A stretch of DNA of 64,000 bases from Lepidodermella squamata (lineage: Eukaryota > Animalia > Gastrotricha): positions 2,294,001 through 2,358,000 of the forward strand of contig JBLDXI010000042.1 in the NCBI GenBank assembly GCA_047495785.1. The letters run 5' to 3'. The notes under the pieces were generated by a model. That model saw only the letters and a program-made list of their open reading frames with translations. It ran no database searches and was not told the origin of the DNA. The translations under genes were made by a program, and so were the position numbers. Positions 16,341 to 29,900 of this stretch are shown here, piece by piece (the first letter of the stretch is position 1; every line of letters begins with the position of its first letter).

Positions 16341-17540
16341 ATGCCGCTCAAATCCGAAAAATCAGAATTAAATGATGAAACGTCAGCATTGTACCAGAAA
16401 ATCGTCAAACAAATCGAGTTTTACCTCGGCGATTTGAACTTGATACGCGAATCTTCCCTTCGCAAAGAACTCGATAATGGAAAAGGCTGGATTGCTATTG
16501 ATGTTTTGACGCGTTTCAGCCGCCTTAGAGCGCTCACAACTGATCGCGACGTCGTAGTTCGCGCTCTGGAAACAGTGAAATCTGACCTTGTCGAGGTTAA
16601 TGGATCCGAATTCAAGGTTCGCCGCCAACTCTCTCGGCCGCTTCCAGCCGGCAATGGAGGCGTTACAGTTCTAAATCCGCAAAGTGTCTTCATCGATGGG
16701 TTCTCATCCGAAACTACTTTAGACAATATACTTGAGTTCCTTGAGAAGTCAGGCTTCCAAGCCGATGGTATTTTCATGCGTAAAAATAAGAAACCAAAAA
16801 CCTTCAAAGGCAGCGCCTTTCTTACAATGTCGTCACCTGAAGTCGCTCAAAGGTTCGTGGCTGAAGCACCGAGGACTTATAATGGTATGACTCTAACCAT
16901 TATGATGAAGGAAGACTATCACAACCAAGTTACGGAGGGACGACTCAACTTGCGGGAAGAGCAACGGAAACGCGAAGAGCTAACAATCGAAGAGTATGTT
17001 CAACTCTGATTAATCAAAATATTTCCAAGGTCAAAAAATGTTAACAGGAAAAAGAAGAAATTGGTGGAAAATGAGCTGCAAGAATTAGCGAAGGCAACTC
17101 CAATGGTTACTGGAGCGGTTTTAGTAGTTTCAAATCCATCCGATGAAGCGAAAGAGAAATTTTTGCGTTCGTTTTGGAACAAGTTTTCCCGCGTGTCGTG
17201 GATTGCGCTGTCCGAGGATCGTTCGATTGCCCACGTACGGTTCGAAGTGGCGGGAAGTGCGAGAAAAGCGTGGGACGCTGCTCGCAAAACTCACCCATGC
17301 GTCGGCAATGAAAATGCCGTCATGATGGATTCTCACGTTGTTGATTTTATCAAGATCTTGGAGGGCGAGGAGGAGGAATGTTACTGGAAGGGAGTGCGCA
17401 TGGGAATAGCTGAACGACGAGCTGAAAAGCAGTTGAAAGCCGAGGGAAAACATTCCGGGCAGGGCAAAAAGCGTAAACAAGCTGGCAACGAGCGGAAATA
17501 TTCGGTCGAAAATCATTCAAAAAATGGTCGTTATAATTAA
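16341..17540 (+). CDS. Tandem divergent La paralogue; exons 16341-16993, 17048-17540
   Basis: Colinear with the upstream La gene, same phase-2 intron position (GAA GA|gt), intact ORF, but lacks the RGG and acidic tail. Confidence 0.88.
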
Positions 17541-17734
17541 TTATAACGCTTTGTTGTCTGGTTTAAATGCTGAATAAAAATATATTCACGAAATGAACAA
17601 AAGATTAGTTTTTAGCTCAATGGCCTCGATAACTGCACAAAAGCTCGAGATAGTCAAATCGATGGAGACTGCGCTGAATTATATTTGAAGGTCGCCTCTG
17701 AGACCTTGTAACATGAGACGCAGAGATTAACTTA

Positions 17735-18384
17735 GCGTGATGGGGTAACTAGGCTGGAGAAAAACTGTTTTTCGAAGGTAGCCGGTGGCTGTTAAATTTC
17801 CATATCACACATTTTGAGCTGAAAAACCGTTTAATCCGCAATCGATAGCTCAAATCTTGGTCAAAAACCGATGAAGTCAATCCGTTCTATCAAGCTAAAA
17901 GCGATCGGGACAAGGAGGGGTAGCTTGAACCTAATATCAGTATTTTTCCAAGGGTGAACTATCTGTCAAAAATTAGGGCAACAACTCATCAGTCAGCTTC
18001 GTTTATGCTGTAGGCCTCAACATTTAGCAAAATAATGACCCAATCGCGCGATTCATCCCTCTCGATCATAGTAAATCAATCGATTGATGCGATCTATGGC
18101 CATCGATTGGGGTCCGATCGAATTCTGATCGTGCACTTATGAGATTGATTTTTAAATGCTAAAAAATGCGAACAATTAGACAAACCGCGTCCCAGAATTT
18201 CGAAATACAAATGGCTGATAATGCCGATTGTTGTAAAACGGAGACCGCTTTCGAATTCGGAAGAATAGAGCTTCTATTTCAATTTTTTGGAGAATTAAGA
18301 ATGAGGTTTTTAGATCCTAAAAAATCAGTTCAACGTGACTTTTAGGGCTGAGATACCTCCCGGCCAATTTACCCCGCACTACGC
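17735..18384. mobile_element. Old non-autonomous TIR element (MITE), TA-flanked
   Basis: Left end ta|gcgtgatggggtaactaggctgg; reverse complement of right end ta|gcgtagtgcggggtaaattggccgg. Degenerate TIRs. Confidence 0.55.
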
Positions 18385-19249
18385 TATACCTACAGAAATT
18401 CCTCATCCGAAAAAATCAACGGCAATCAATTTCGTAAACCACAAACTATGTGTATCTTTTGAAAATTGTTTACGGTTTTGAAGTACGCCGCAGTCATTTT
18501 CAAGGCTTCATTATCATCTTCAAGCGTGTTATGGAGCAGCTGATAAATATTTTCGGTTATTCCTGCCTCGTTTTTGGCATCACCCTTGCTAGCTTGCTAT
18601 TGTCATGGCAATATTCAGTTTTGCGGTGTCAAATGGCGGTGTGGTTACCCATATTTAGCTTCAATAAGAAGACCATCATATAACAGGCGGTAATTGTTTA
18701 GTAAATACTGCCTATTGCTAAAATCCATTGATGCTGCACAGCTCCGCGGGAGCCATACGAAGCAAGACTTCATAAGTTGGGTGCAGTTTTCCGTATTAAT
18801 ATGGCTATTATTTATATTAAATGTTTTCAAGCTTTTATGAATCAGCTGCCAAGTGATGCAAGTGCCTACTGTCAAGTGACTTGTAGAAGATATCCACGTC
18901 ACTTGGCAGCGGGCTTCACCCACTTCACACCTCGATGTCCCACTCTCCTGCGTCAATATGCTTACAACAGAAATCGAGTCATAACTTATTATTGTTTATC
19001 AAAGATCCCCTTCCCTTATCCGAAACTGGGGCAACAGGTCCCAACTTTCAAGACGTATTAATGTGGTAATTAACGTAATTTAATTAAGTAATTAACGTAG
19101 TAATTTTTCGAAATTGATCTGGGCAGATTTAGAAAATTTTCCCTAGCAATATTATTTTCCTGAACTGCGTCAAATAGCCCTCCTCCGTGGCCTATATACC
19201 TCTCCCTCTTTCGTTCAAAAATCTTGGTTTTTATGACTAAGAAACGCAG

Positions 19250-21000
19250 GAGGCACGTGAAAATGGAGCAATAAACAAGAAAGCTGTTTTTTACTTTGTG
19301 ATATCTTATCTCCGGAAGCGCACCCCTTCCTCCTCAGGTCACAAAGAACACAACGCAATAAAATTTCAGAAACACCACATACATGATGGCTTGGCCTCAT
19401 AATTATGCAATTACCGTTGCGGAAGACCAAAGAGCAAAGTCACAAGTAACTAGAATTCTTTGATCCCCCGGTGTCGTTTCCTAGTTTTATTGCACTTTTA
19501 GCAGTTTCTACAACTCTTTAGCCACGCAAGTAAATTCGTATAAAACCTTTAACTTCACGCAGTACTTATCATCTTGAGCGCTTACGCCTAAAAATTTCGA
19601 ATGATGCTCGGAAACTTGGGTGTAGCTCATTCCAACATAGGCATAAACCAGACAGTATTTTGTCATCATTAACTTCGCCTCAAACGGTTATTCGTTGATT
19701 AAGCTATATCGAACGGCAACAACTAAGGTTTTGGGACGATAGTAGTAATAGTCCAAAATATAATGTGTCCTGTTTCAGTAGAGCCACGGCTATTTTTGAT
19801 CTTCCGTGAACACCTAGTCAAACATAGCTCCATCTTGCATATAGCATAGAGGACCCGCCATTTAATGATCATTTTTTGAGTGTTCTAATTTGCACGCACC
19901 TATAATTGTTTTCTTTAAAGCGCTCGAAAATAAAATTATGCGCCTTCAACTGGAAAGCGGATTATTACAAAATTTCTTTCCGGCATACTTTGAATTTAGG
20001 CAGCGCATAGTTCGAAATTTGGTTTCGCTGTAGATAACTCTCTAGAAATAATGCTATAGCTTTGCCCTTCAAGACAAAAAGTCTCACTGCGGCTTGGCGT
20101 CTGGAAAATTTATTTTTTCTAGCAGGTTAGCCTCAACAGCGCAAACTTCACGCTTACAGCTTAAATAATGCTAGCTATTAGCCCACTAAATACAACGTAG
20201 CTTGAACGTTTGAATTTCGCTATCGTTTCGACATCTTTTCGCAACCGCCATACCATTTATATCTTTTTATTCACCGCGATTTTTGGTTTGATTAAATTCA
20301 GCATTCCGTTCCAGATGAGCCATCGTTCAAGGCGTTCTAATTGCCAATTAGCTTTTTCGTAATTCATTTTTTAGTTAGTTATCGCATTCCTCTAAATTAG
20401 CATGTTGGCGCGCCGCCTTTTTGATCTTGTGAATATTTCCAGCTTGGCTGTATTCCATATAACACATACATGAATACTTGAAAAATTGGCATCTTGATTC
20501 TTTCTTTTGAATTCTCACGGTTTTCTCAGAAGAGCTTCGAGTTCTCATGAAACTGGCCGAGAAAGCCGGACGCCATGACGTAGACGATGGCAGGCGTATA
20601 TAACATCCACCCACATGTCCAGCTGCCAAATTTACAGGCTTGTCCGTTGCCAAGTACGGTTCACACACCCCTATGACGAAAATGCCAACATTATTTAAAG
20701 AACGACATGATTAGACAGACATTATATCAATTCTCTAATCTTTACCCACTACCACCGCAATGCCACCGCATGGTCATGTGTTTTTCCAAGAACTGATATG
20801 AGTGTGCGCGCGTGAAAATTGCGTTTTATCAAAGAAAACGCCCTCAGCTACCAGTTCACGTTCACGACGTGTAGCTTTTGCCAACAAACGCCTACGACAG
20901 GAAGTTCATTTTTAGACCTACTGCCAACAGCTATTCATCGCATTAGCGACACTTCCGCGTAAGACTGTTTGTTTAGATGCATATTCTGTCGCGTGTTGAC
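19250..21000 (-). pseudogene. Possible heavily decayed DNA-transposase remnant
   Basis: Coding-like composition with stop-interrupted fragments (ETAKSAIK, ATVIA..EA..IMY, MAGPL) that loosely resemble invertebrate DDE transposase C-termini. No intact ORF. Confidence 0.25.
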
Positions 21001-22755
21001 TGCTCATATTAGTGGTTGACTTTGCTATAGTGTTACGTTTACCAATCGCGAGTCGGAAAATGAGTAATGTGCAATTTTACACCTCGTGCTAGGCCAAATA
21101 CATTTTACTGTGATATCAGGTGACTGCGTCTTGGTATTGCTCCAATGCTGCAATGAATCGCAATGAATCCCAAAATGAGTAAATAAGGCCGTGAATTAGC
21201 TGTGAGCGAGGGTGTACGATTTCCGCTGAACTTGATGTGATCGTCGTGCATATGGTATGATTGCTGTGAATTATAATTCGATCATTCCTCGATGGCTTTT
21301 GTCCAGAATTATCCGCGGTACCTGTGAAGCGGTTGTAATTCTTGAGCATGCTCGTACTCAAGTACCGGAACCTCATGCCACCTTTTCACTTCATCTTATA
21401 TCTACTGTACACTGTACTCGATTATCGCAAGGCGTAGGAAATGCTTAGTATTCGGCTTGGTATTTAGGCGAACCTAATCTGCTTCTTGCGAAACTGAGTT
21501 TTCATGTACGAGGAGCCAAATTCATAATATTTTAGATGAGTATAAAGGAATAATAGGAATTATCTTTTTGACTGATCTCAGCTTACTTATAATCAAAATT
21601 ACAATAAAACAGGGTGTAATTTTCTGGAAGGCCATTTACCACCCCGTTAAGGATGTCGTCATGGCGTTGAAAAAATATTTTCGAGGCAAGCGTCTACGTC
21701 TAAGTTCGTTCAAGTTCGAATTAGTATAAATTTGGCTCCACTGGAACATTTAAATTTTCCCATCTTGACGTTTGAGCCAATTTGACTCATAAACACGAGA
21801 CTTTCTGGGGGCTGACGCTAGAAGAATGCGTAACTTTAATTTCTCAAGTTGCGGGGTATAATATTAATATTTCTACTTCCACGCACTTCGGCTTTTCTTC
21901 AACTGCTATCAAGCTGAACAAACAATCGCATCGAGCCATTGGTAATTTGACAGATTATATGAATGAAGGCAACGCAAGCAGTAAGAGGGAATGGATGGTG
22001 CTTGGTCGTCTCATTCGAGAGCTTTTTCAAGCTCTTTCTAGAGAATGAAACATTATCTTCAATTCCATTTCCGTCTTCTAACCCCGATGCTTGCAACGCG
22101 CTCGCTCAATCGAAGCGGATAGAATTTAAATGCTGCGGCAATTTAAGCAATCAAAATCAATTTTCGATTCATTTAATATTTTATATTATCATTTTTATTA
22201 ATAGTTTTGAATTTTTTGTAAATGGCGCAAAAACTTTGCGTCGTTCTTCACTCTGGCGTGCGTCATGATTTTGGCAACCGGCCAGCGTAAATGCAATGCA
22301 GCTGCGCATGTGTGGGGTGTTTGTTGATAGTAGCGTAAGGTTTTTCTCACGCGTTGCCAAGAGGAAATGCCGATCTGGCACATCAGATACAACAATTAAT
22401 TTAGTGTTTTTCTTAGCTGAGATTTTCTGGGACTCGATTTGTTCTACTTAACCGAATTGAGTGTCTCGTGGATCCAACCCATTCATGCATTTCTATTTAT
22501 ATGAAGCGCGGTCCATGTCATTGATAGATGCTTCAATGGGGCCGTCAGAACGGAAGCTGGTGATGTATAAATTGAAATTTGGTCCTGCATTTTTCTGTGT
22601 TACAGCTATTCATGAGTTTCTAGTCCGTAATAAGTATTGATTCGATTGACCATGTTTTGTTGCCCTTTGGCCCCATGTCCCATGTAATATGTAATCAGGC
22701 AAGTACATGAAGATTTTTGCCATTTCATAGATAATATTTGCATTGAATTAATTTG

Positions 22756-23969
22756 ATGTTTCCTGTTCCTGTGGAAGTGTGGGGGTCAGCCCCTCCCGCT
22801 TCGCATCTTCGGTTGAAGGAAGCACGAAAAGAGCATTTATTACGCTCTCATGGAATTTCTCGTTACTCCGACATTATCCAGCAGGATTTGTACCGGTGGC
22901 GGGAAATGAACAACAGTCCCAAGTTCAGTTCGCTGCCCAGCGCACTTGAAGAAGAGGAACGCGAGCGTGAGGTTCAGAAGGCGCTTAACAGTTCCAGACG
23001 GCGTGTCCAGTCGACATCTAATCAGTCTGCGAAGGCTAAATTCAAAGATATCTGGAAAAAACTGTTACCTAGTATCATTGGTGGCGGAAAGCAAAAGTCT
23101 CGCGACAAATCCATGTCAGAATCTGATGCGTTGAGCGACAGTTCTGGCAACAGCGGATCACCCTCACTCCGGGAACCAGAGAAAAGCATCTTGAATCGCG
23201 TTGCGCGGCGCGAACGAGCCAACACAGATCAGCCTAGGAAGGTTGTAAGATGGGCTGATGAATCAGAGCCAGAGCCTCTTGAAGGCAAAAGTCCTCGCTC
23301 TCTCAATCTATCAACTATCGACGAGGAGGGAGGTCATATCCTTCATCGGCAAGTTGGCGAGCTCGCTTTCGAGGAGTCTGATCCCTACCTGGAGTTGGAT
23401 GACGACGATGAATCTCATCCATCAGAAGAACACGCGGAGCACAATCGCCACCCAGATACCTGGCCGCCAGGAAGACTGTGCGCTAACGCCCTCAGCTCGT
23501 ACTCAGATAGTGAATTGGTAAGATCATTTCATTCGATTTATTCTTTAACACATATTGATGTCCATTTTAACAGACACGGCATGCGACTTCCGGATGTCCG
23601 TGTTGTGACGAAAGGCAAGCGATGTTGGCTAATCTTCGGTCGCCTGATGCTGGTTTCCACTCTCCTGAGTCAACGGTCGTATCGCAACAGGTCGCAACCC
23701 GCAGTGCGGACGATTGCCTATCTGCGGCCTATGCACTGGCTGCAGCAGCCTCGTTGCCCAGCTCGTCTGGGGCGTCCAGCTTCGTTCAGTCAGACAGTCC
23801 TTCCTCGTTCCTCCCCTCAAAACTCCCTCGGCTAGCGAGCACACCCTCGCTGCTACCCTCACATTTAGAACTCAATGGCGAGCCCCTCGTAGTTGCGTGC
23901 AGTGGTGTACGGCATCGAACCTACGCTCCGGTACGGTACAACACCTCGCATGCGGCTGCCCATCCCTGA
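22756..23969 (+). CDS. Orphan, largely disordered Ser/Glu/Arg-rich protein with candidate PP1-docking motifs; exons 22756-23517, 23574-23969
   Basis: Long ORF; a phase-0 GT-AG intron (23518-23573) joins the 23622-23969 ORF in frame. Contains KSILN and RKVVRWADE. Confidence 0.7.
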
Positions 23970-26900
23970 CATTTCGACAGCGGAAGGACAATTTTCTACT
24001 TCTGTTCTGTTCACTCAAATACTGCAAAATAAATTGGTAAGGTCAATCGATGTCCTGATTTCAGCCCTTGTTATAATGAATTTTTCTTTATCATCTTCAG
24101 GTTATTCAAGTGGAAATTTTGTGCTCAAGCTGGCTATGTACAGAGGCTCCCCGCAGTTCTCCTCTCAAATCTCGACACCTGTTGTGCATTTATCTTTACG
24201 ATTATACTATATATATTTACAAAATGTTTGTCATTGAAGCTCGTCGCATTACCGTGTGCCCTTATTGGCAAAAAATCCTCCTCATCATCATCGCCGTCAT
24301 CGTTCCGAAATTCGCGTTCTTGTTCGCCTTAAGCGGCATCTCTTAATTGCGAAATGATCCGTGTTTTTTGTCTCTTAATCTTAGCCCATCTCTTGGCACT
24401 CTCACAAACGTAGGACGTTCTATTAGTAGTAAGTGTGTCCTGTTCTACAGGAAGCACTATTTCAATTCTAAGATGAAATTAGCGTTTTAATCGATCGATA
24501 CAGCAGCAGCAACAGTGGCTAGTATACTAATAATAATAATTACAACTTCGATAGGTGCTCCTTATACTATCATGTCACAACTGCTCAACTTGATCTTTTC
24601 TTGAGTCGTGTTACGTCTCGTCTCAGCCTTAGTATACGTGCATTATTACTACTACTGTTATAACTATTAATATTGCTGATTCGTGTATCATCCGCGCCCC
24701 TTTTATCTTTCCTCTTCCTGCCTCTAGATGTTATACAAATATACACGCATTGCCAAAATACATAAGGCTATAGGGGCGGGAGGTTGGTCGGTTTTTGTTT
24801 CCCCCGTTCGCTTTCTTTTTTTTCATCTTCGGGTTCTTTAATAACTCCTGCAGTTAGCTGGTCCGTTTTTTCGCCTATATCCTCTATTATTCGCGGGTAT
24901 GGCTGATGGGGGTAGGATGAGCATATATAGGTTATTCTTTTCTCATCTTTTTTTTGCTGAGGTGGCCGGTAAAGCCACGAGAAGCCACCACATTAGGCTG
25001 TGTAAGGATAATATATAAACGAGCGTGGCCACCGGCAAGAAAAAAGCGTAGCTGGGCCCCACACGCGAACTCGGGGTCAATCTTTGTAGTAATAGTAGCC
25101 ACTGGACAGAATTTACACTTACTACTCGATCTAGAATTTTTCACAGCATAATTGCCACATAACGTGTCTAGCTGGCTAGACGGCGTGTGTTAGCAAATGA
25201 CTGTATTGATCGAGTCTGCCGCTGTTTTTTTTCTTCGAATGAAAATCCATTAACCCGGACTCTAATTAGAACGCGGCAATTTTTCGTCAGTATATATATC
25301 GCCTCGGATCATGTGTCAATACTTGATTAATTCGATGCGAAGAAAACTGCTGATGCTGCTGCTGTAGTTGCCAGGCCGATGAAGATGAGTCATCGAAAGT
25401 AGGGCAAAAATTATCTTGGCACCGCGCGCAAAAAGCGGTGTATACAAATCGACTTTTACGCTAGCGCCGTGCTATCGATTGATTTTTCTAAATATATTCC
25501 ACTGTCGTCTAGAATAGTCGCAACTTCAGGAAATGATACGTATGACGTCGATATTTTTGGCACTGACGCAATTCAAACAATTATAAAATTTTAATTCTCT
25601 ACCAACTACTCCTGGAAACGACCTGTATATTTATGTCTTTTCTCCACTACCGCTACGCCTATCATAGAACAGCGTCTTTAAGACGGTCATGAAAGTTTAA
25701 TTGCGCAATCAAGTTGTGAAGCGGGCCTTTTGTCGCGCGGGCTGGCCCGATGCCAGCTTCCGTAATACCGTTATTCTGCACTTGTCATTTCACTAAACCT
25801 AATATTGCACCACCGGCGATGGTTATGGATCACCTCATTTTCGGGTGTTAGTAATCCTGTTGATGTTGTTGAATACACACACACCGACACCGCTTATTAT
25901 TTAAAGCAACCACCTTAATTCTCGTGAAATATACGAATTCTATTGTTGCTCCATTTCTTTTTCGGTCTAACTTTTTTAGCCGAGAGGAAATTCAATTTCT
26001 TTGCGCAAATCCTACACACACTTTTACAAAGAGACGAAATCGCCTCATGCTGTTCGGAGAGAGAATGAGAGAGTGAAAAAAATCTGTGGAAAAATTTGAT
26101 GATGGTGATGAGGAGGAGGAAAATTCGACAATGCGACCGAGTCAAGTACCTCTTGAATAAATATGCGAAATACAAATTTTACTTTCCCGTTATTCATGTA
26201 ATTATTAATTGTTATACATTAACATGAAATTATTGTATAAGAAAATGTACAGAGAGAGAGATAAATATATAATTCTATGAAAGAACACTGATTTTTTGAT
26301 TGAATTTATTGTGGAAACTTATGATAGTAATTTCGGAATTTTGTCGCTTGAGGGAAACTTATTGCAACAACTTTTGATGAATTTTAAGTGTGCTGTTGAT
26401 TGTACACTCAAAATGCGCGTCATCATTATTATTATCATTATATATTATATTGATATTCTATGTATTTCTGAATTTCGCGCGCGAGAAGCTTTGCAGCTTG
26501 TTCCGCTTGTTTTACAATTTTTCTTCTTTTCTGTACATATTTCACTTATGATTTACTTCTTGCGAGATAACACTTGGAATTTGTTCGAAAGGAAACATGA
26601 GAGAGAATGAATGATTAAACTAAACTGAAAAATATAAATAATGAAACAATAAAAAGCGGCATAATTGAACCAGGTTGTTCTAATGCATCATGTTTCACCT
26701 GCTGCGTCACGTTCCGGGGTCAAGCAAAAAAATGTTCGAGTGAAGGACGGCGGTGTGTACGCTTTTTTGGCTTGCGTGTTCAGCGCCGTAATTTATTGCC
26801 GATGTTTTTTTAAATAGTAATGACGCAGAAGTGTACTTACTCATGAAATTGAAACCCAAAAACCGACCTTGTTGGTTTGGACACAATTTGTTATCACGCT

Positions 26901-29900
26901 CATCTCGTGGCACAGGTTTAGCGGCCAAAAACACGAATCACCGTTTCATTTTGCATGGCGTAGTTGTGGTGGCGTATAATATAGTGCAATTTTGCGGCGC
27001 CGCAAACAACGCCAGTCATAATAAAAAAACGTGGAGCGTGTTTTGTTTCGTCGAAACAATTTATTTTTCATCTTTATGTTTCATACACGTAGAGTACCTG
27101 ACCGCAGTATACGCCGACATGCGCCATTATCTTCCCCCGAGAGCAATAATAATAACAAAGATTATGAATATGATGATGATAATTTTACGGCGCCGTTTGG
27201 TTACATGCGTTTATCTTATACCCTTCATATATAAGGCATACCAACCACATTGAGATGCAGACGAAATGGCGCTAAAATAACCTTCGCGAGAAGCAGCTAA
27301 TAGGTAGCTATTTGAGCTATATATGTTAGCATTTCTTTTTTTCTCATTCTCCTCATCGCTGTTGTTGTTGCGCGCGCACGGCGCGACTGTCTGGAACCAT
27401 CGAATAGATACATACATTTAATACCCGGTGGTGTAGTATAATAAGACAATATACAACTTCGGTCATAATATATGCGGTTTAACCTATAATATTGGACCCT
27501 TGCGCGCTATATTTAGACATGTATACTATTTATTTGGTACAAGTAGCATGCTGCGTCTGTTGCTGAAGTCCCAAAACAGCGCCACTGCGAAACTTGTAAC
27601 GTGCCAGACTGCGCACTGGATTGATCGGGCAGCTGCGTGCGAAAATTACACGTCTATAGAGAGTCAAAATAGATACCAAAAGTCAGCAGTCAGCAATCAA
27701 TTTTATATACGCAGCATGTAATACTATATTGCGGCCGAAACTAGACTATGCAAAAGAAGAGCACAAGCAGCTGTAATATGCAATGAGGTGCGCGCGCTAA
27801 CGCTACGGGGGCGTTTATTTAGCGCCAATTTATCTATCTCTTGATGCCAAGTTTCTATAACGCTAGCTAGTACTGCTAAATCACGTATATCGTACTCATT
27901 TCCGGGATGTAATAATATGAAGTTGAACGGCTGCCAAAAATTTTGGCACCCCACGCGCGTGAAAAATCAAGCTGTATTTTATCATCTGTCGGCCATATAA
28001 TCCGTCGCGACTACTTTATTATAATCGCAGTAGTAATAATAAAATACCACTAAATAAAAAATATATGAATATGTGAGACAGCTGCGCGCGTGAGGCGGCG
28101 ACAAAATTATGATTGTATTTCCGCTAAATATTTTTTCGCTTTTTTCGTGTTATCAATAATCAAGTGTGCTGCCGTTCGACTTCCGAGCAGCATCGTATAA
28201 AATATGTGAACCGGATGTTGCGGGGGCCGGCGATTAAACACGTCAGACTTTTTATCATCATTATTATTACTGCTATATTCAACGCCTGTGTGTATTTTTT
28301 GGAGGCGTGAGTTGTATAATATTATTATCAGTATTATCAATGAAATTCAGTTTGCATAGTGGGCGAGTTGGTGGAGGAGAATGCAAGAAAATAACATACG
28401 CACTAAGGCGCATGTATGACGCAATATTATGCAAACATGGTGTGTGCATTTTTTGTTCCTCTGGTCACCCTGCTCGCCGCGGCGCGTGCACCTGACAACG
28501 CGCGCATGACTCACATAGCGCATGTATGTCGGCAATTCGTGCATACCTTAAAACACGAGTCAAAAGGCAATCCTGTGTTCGGATGATATGAAATATACGT
28601 GGTATGCTAAACGAAATTTATCATCTGTTCATCATCATCACGGCCAAATGCGCGCGCAGACGCTGCGAGGTAAAAAGGCACGCGCGTGGATTTCGTAGTA
28701 GTAGCAAGCGGTGTAGTAGTGTAGTAATGTGAGTCGACCTGTACAAAAGGTGATGGATGACGTAGGTCGGCTAAATGTTTTCGAGCTTCTCAATGAAAGA
28801 CACAGCGTAGCGTTGCTACATGTCGACTTGATGATTAAGCCTGATGCCCCACGCTGTCCGTCCGAAGCGAGGACAACACAAGAGTCGAGGAATTTCAAAA
28901 CATTTATTCATTCCAGACGTCGTCGAAAGAAGAACCCGTGCCAGTTTGCGTGACCGAATCGCATTAAATTTTTGTCCCGCTCAAGTGTGTTGATATGAAT
29001 TGCGCGAGTCAATGAATATTAAATTTTAACCCGCTTCTTGACACAAATCTTGGGACGATATGATGATGATATTAAATTTATCGACCGCTCATAGAATGAA
29101 GGGAAAAAACGCCAAATCTAGGACTGCACTGATATATTATTTTTTTCTCATTTTCATCTTTCACGCTATTACAGCTGGATTCTATAATTTGGCCAGCCGC
29201 CAAATAATGGCCAAACTTCTCACGCGCATGCATTCTAGTGGGCAAATACTATACAGTAAAAGACAAGTACGAGCGACGCGACACAGAAGCCGCTTCACAC
29301 GTTTGTTGATCTTGGCAGCTTGCCCGAAAATTGGCGCGGCAGAAGATTCAGCAAACACACTCGCTATAATATATGAAAAATTGTATGAAATATTGTGTTG
29401 TAATAAACGCATTGATCCTGCCGAGTGAGCGCTGGCCCCCACACGCGCGGGTTATATTAAGGAAATGAGCGTGTTTGAACAGGTTGTTGTATACTAGACG
29501 GGCGGGTTGCTGTATAGCAGGGTTAAAATCTCACCTCTGCAAACATGCGCACCACGCGCATGATGATGATGATGATGATGATGGCAAATTATCATTTTTA
29601 GCCGCTCATGTAAGGGCGCAAACAAACGCGAGCGCGCTTTGTACATCATCATTGTTCTTCGACCGCGAAAGAACATGCGTTGTCAACTCGGCATTACATG
29701 GTGTTTTCCTAAGCCAACGAGCGCCTCGATGCGCGCTGCGGCTTCTGCTTCGAGTTATCCGCCTTGCTTGCATTATATCCGCCCATATTACGGCTAATAC
29801 CAGCAAACGGCCGATTATTGGCTCCCCCTTTCAAGTATCAAGCCGCCGCCGGTGCCGGCAGTATAAATGCCTGTACAAACGAGCAGGTAACGCGATTCGC

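Noticed and set aside
21782-22140. Coding-like fragment
   Set aside because: Interrupted by stops and matches no family I recognise.
25555-25580. tttggcactgacgcaattc resembling a miR-96/263 seed; also tattgcac (miR-92-like) at ~25803
   Set aside because: No complementary arm nearby to form a pre-miRNA hairpin.
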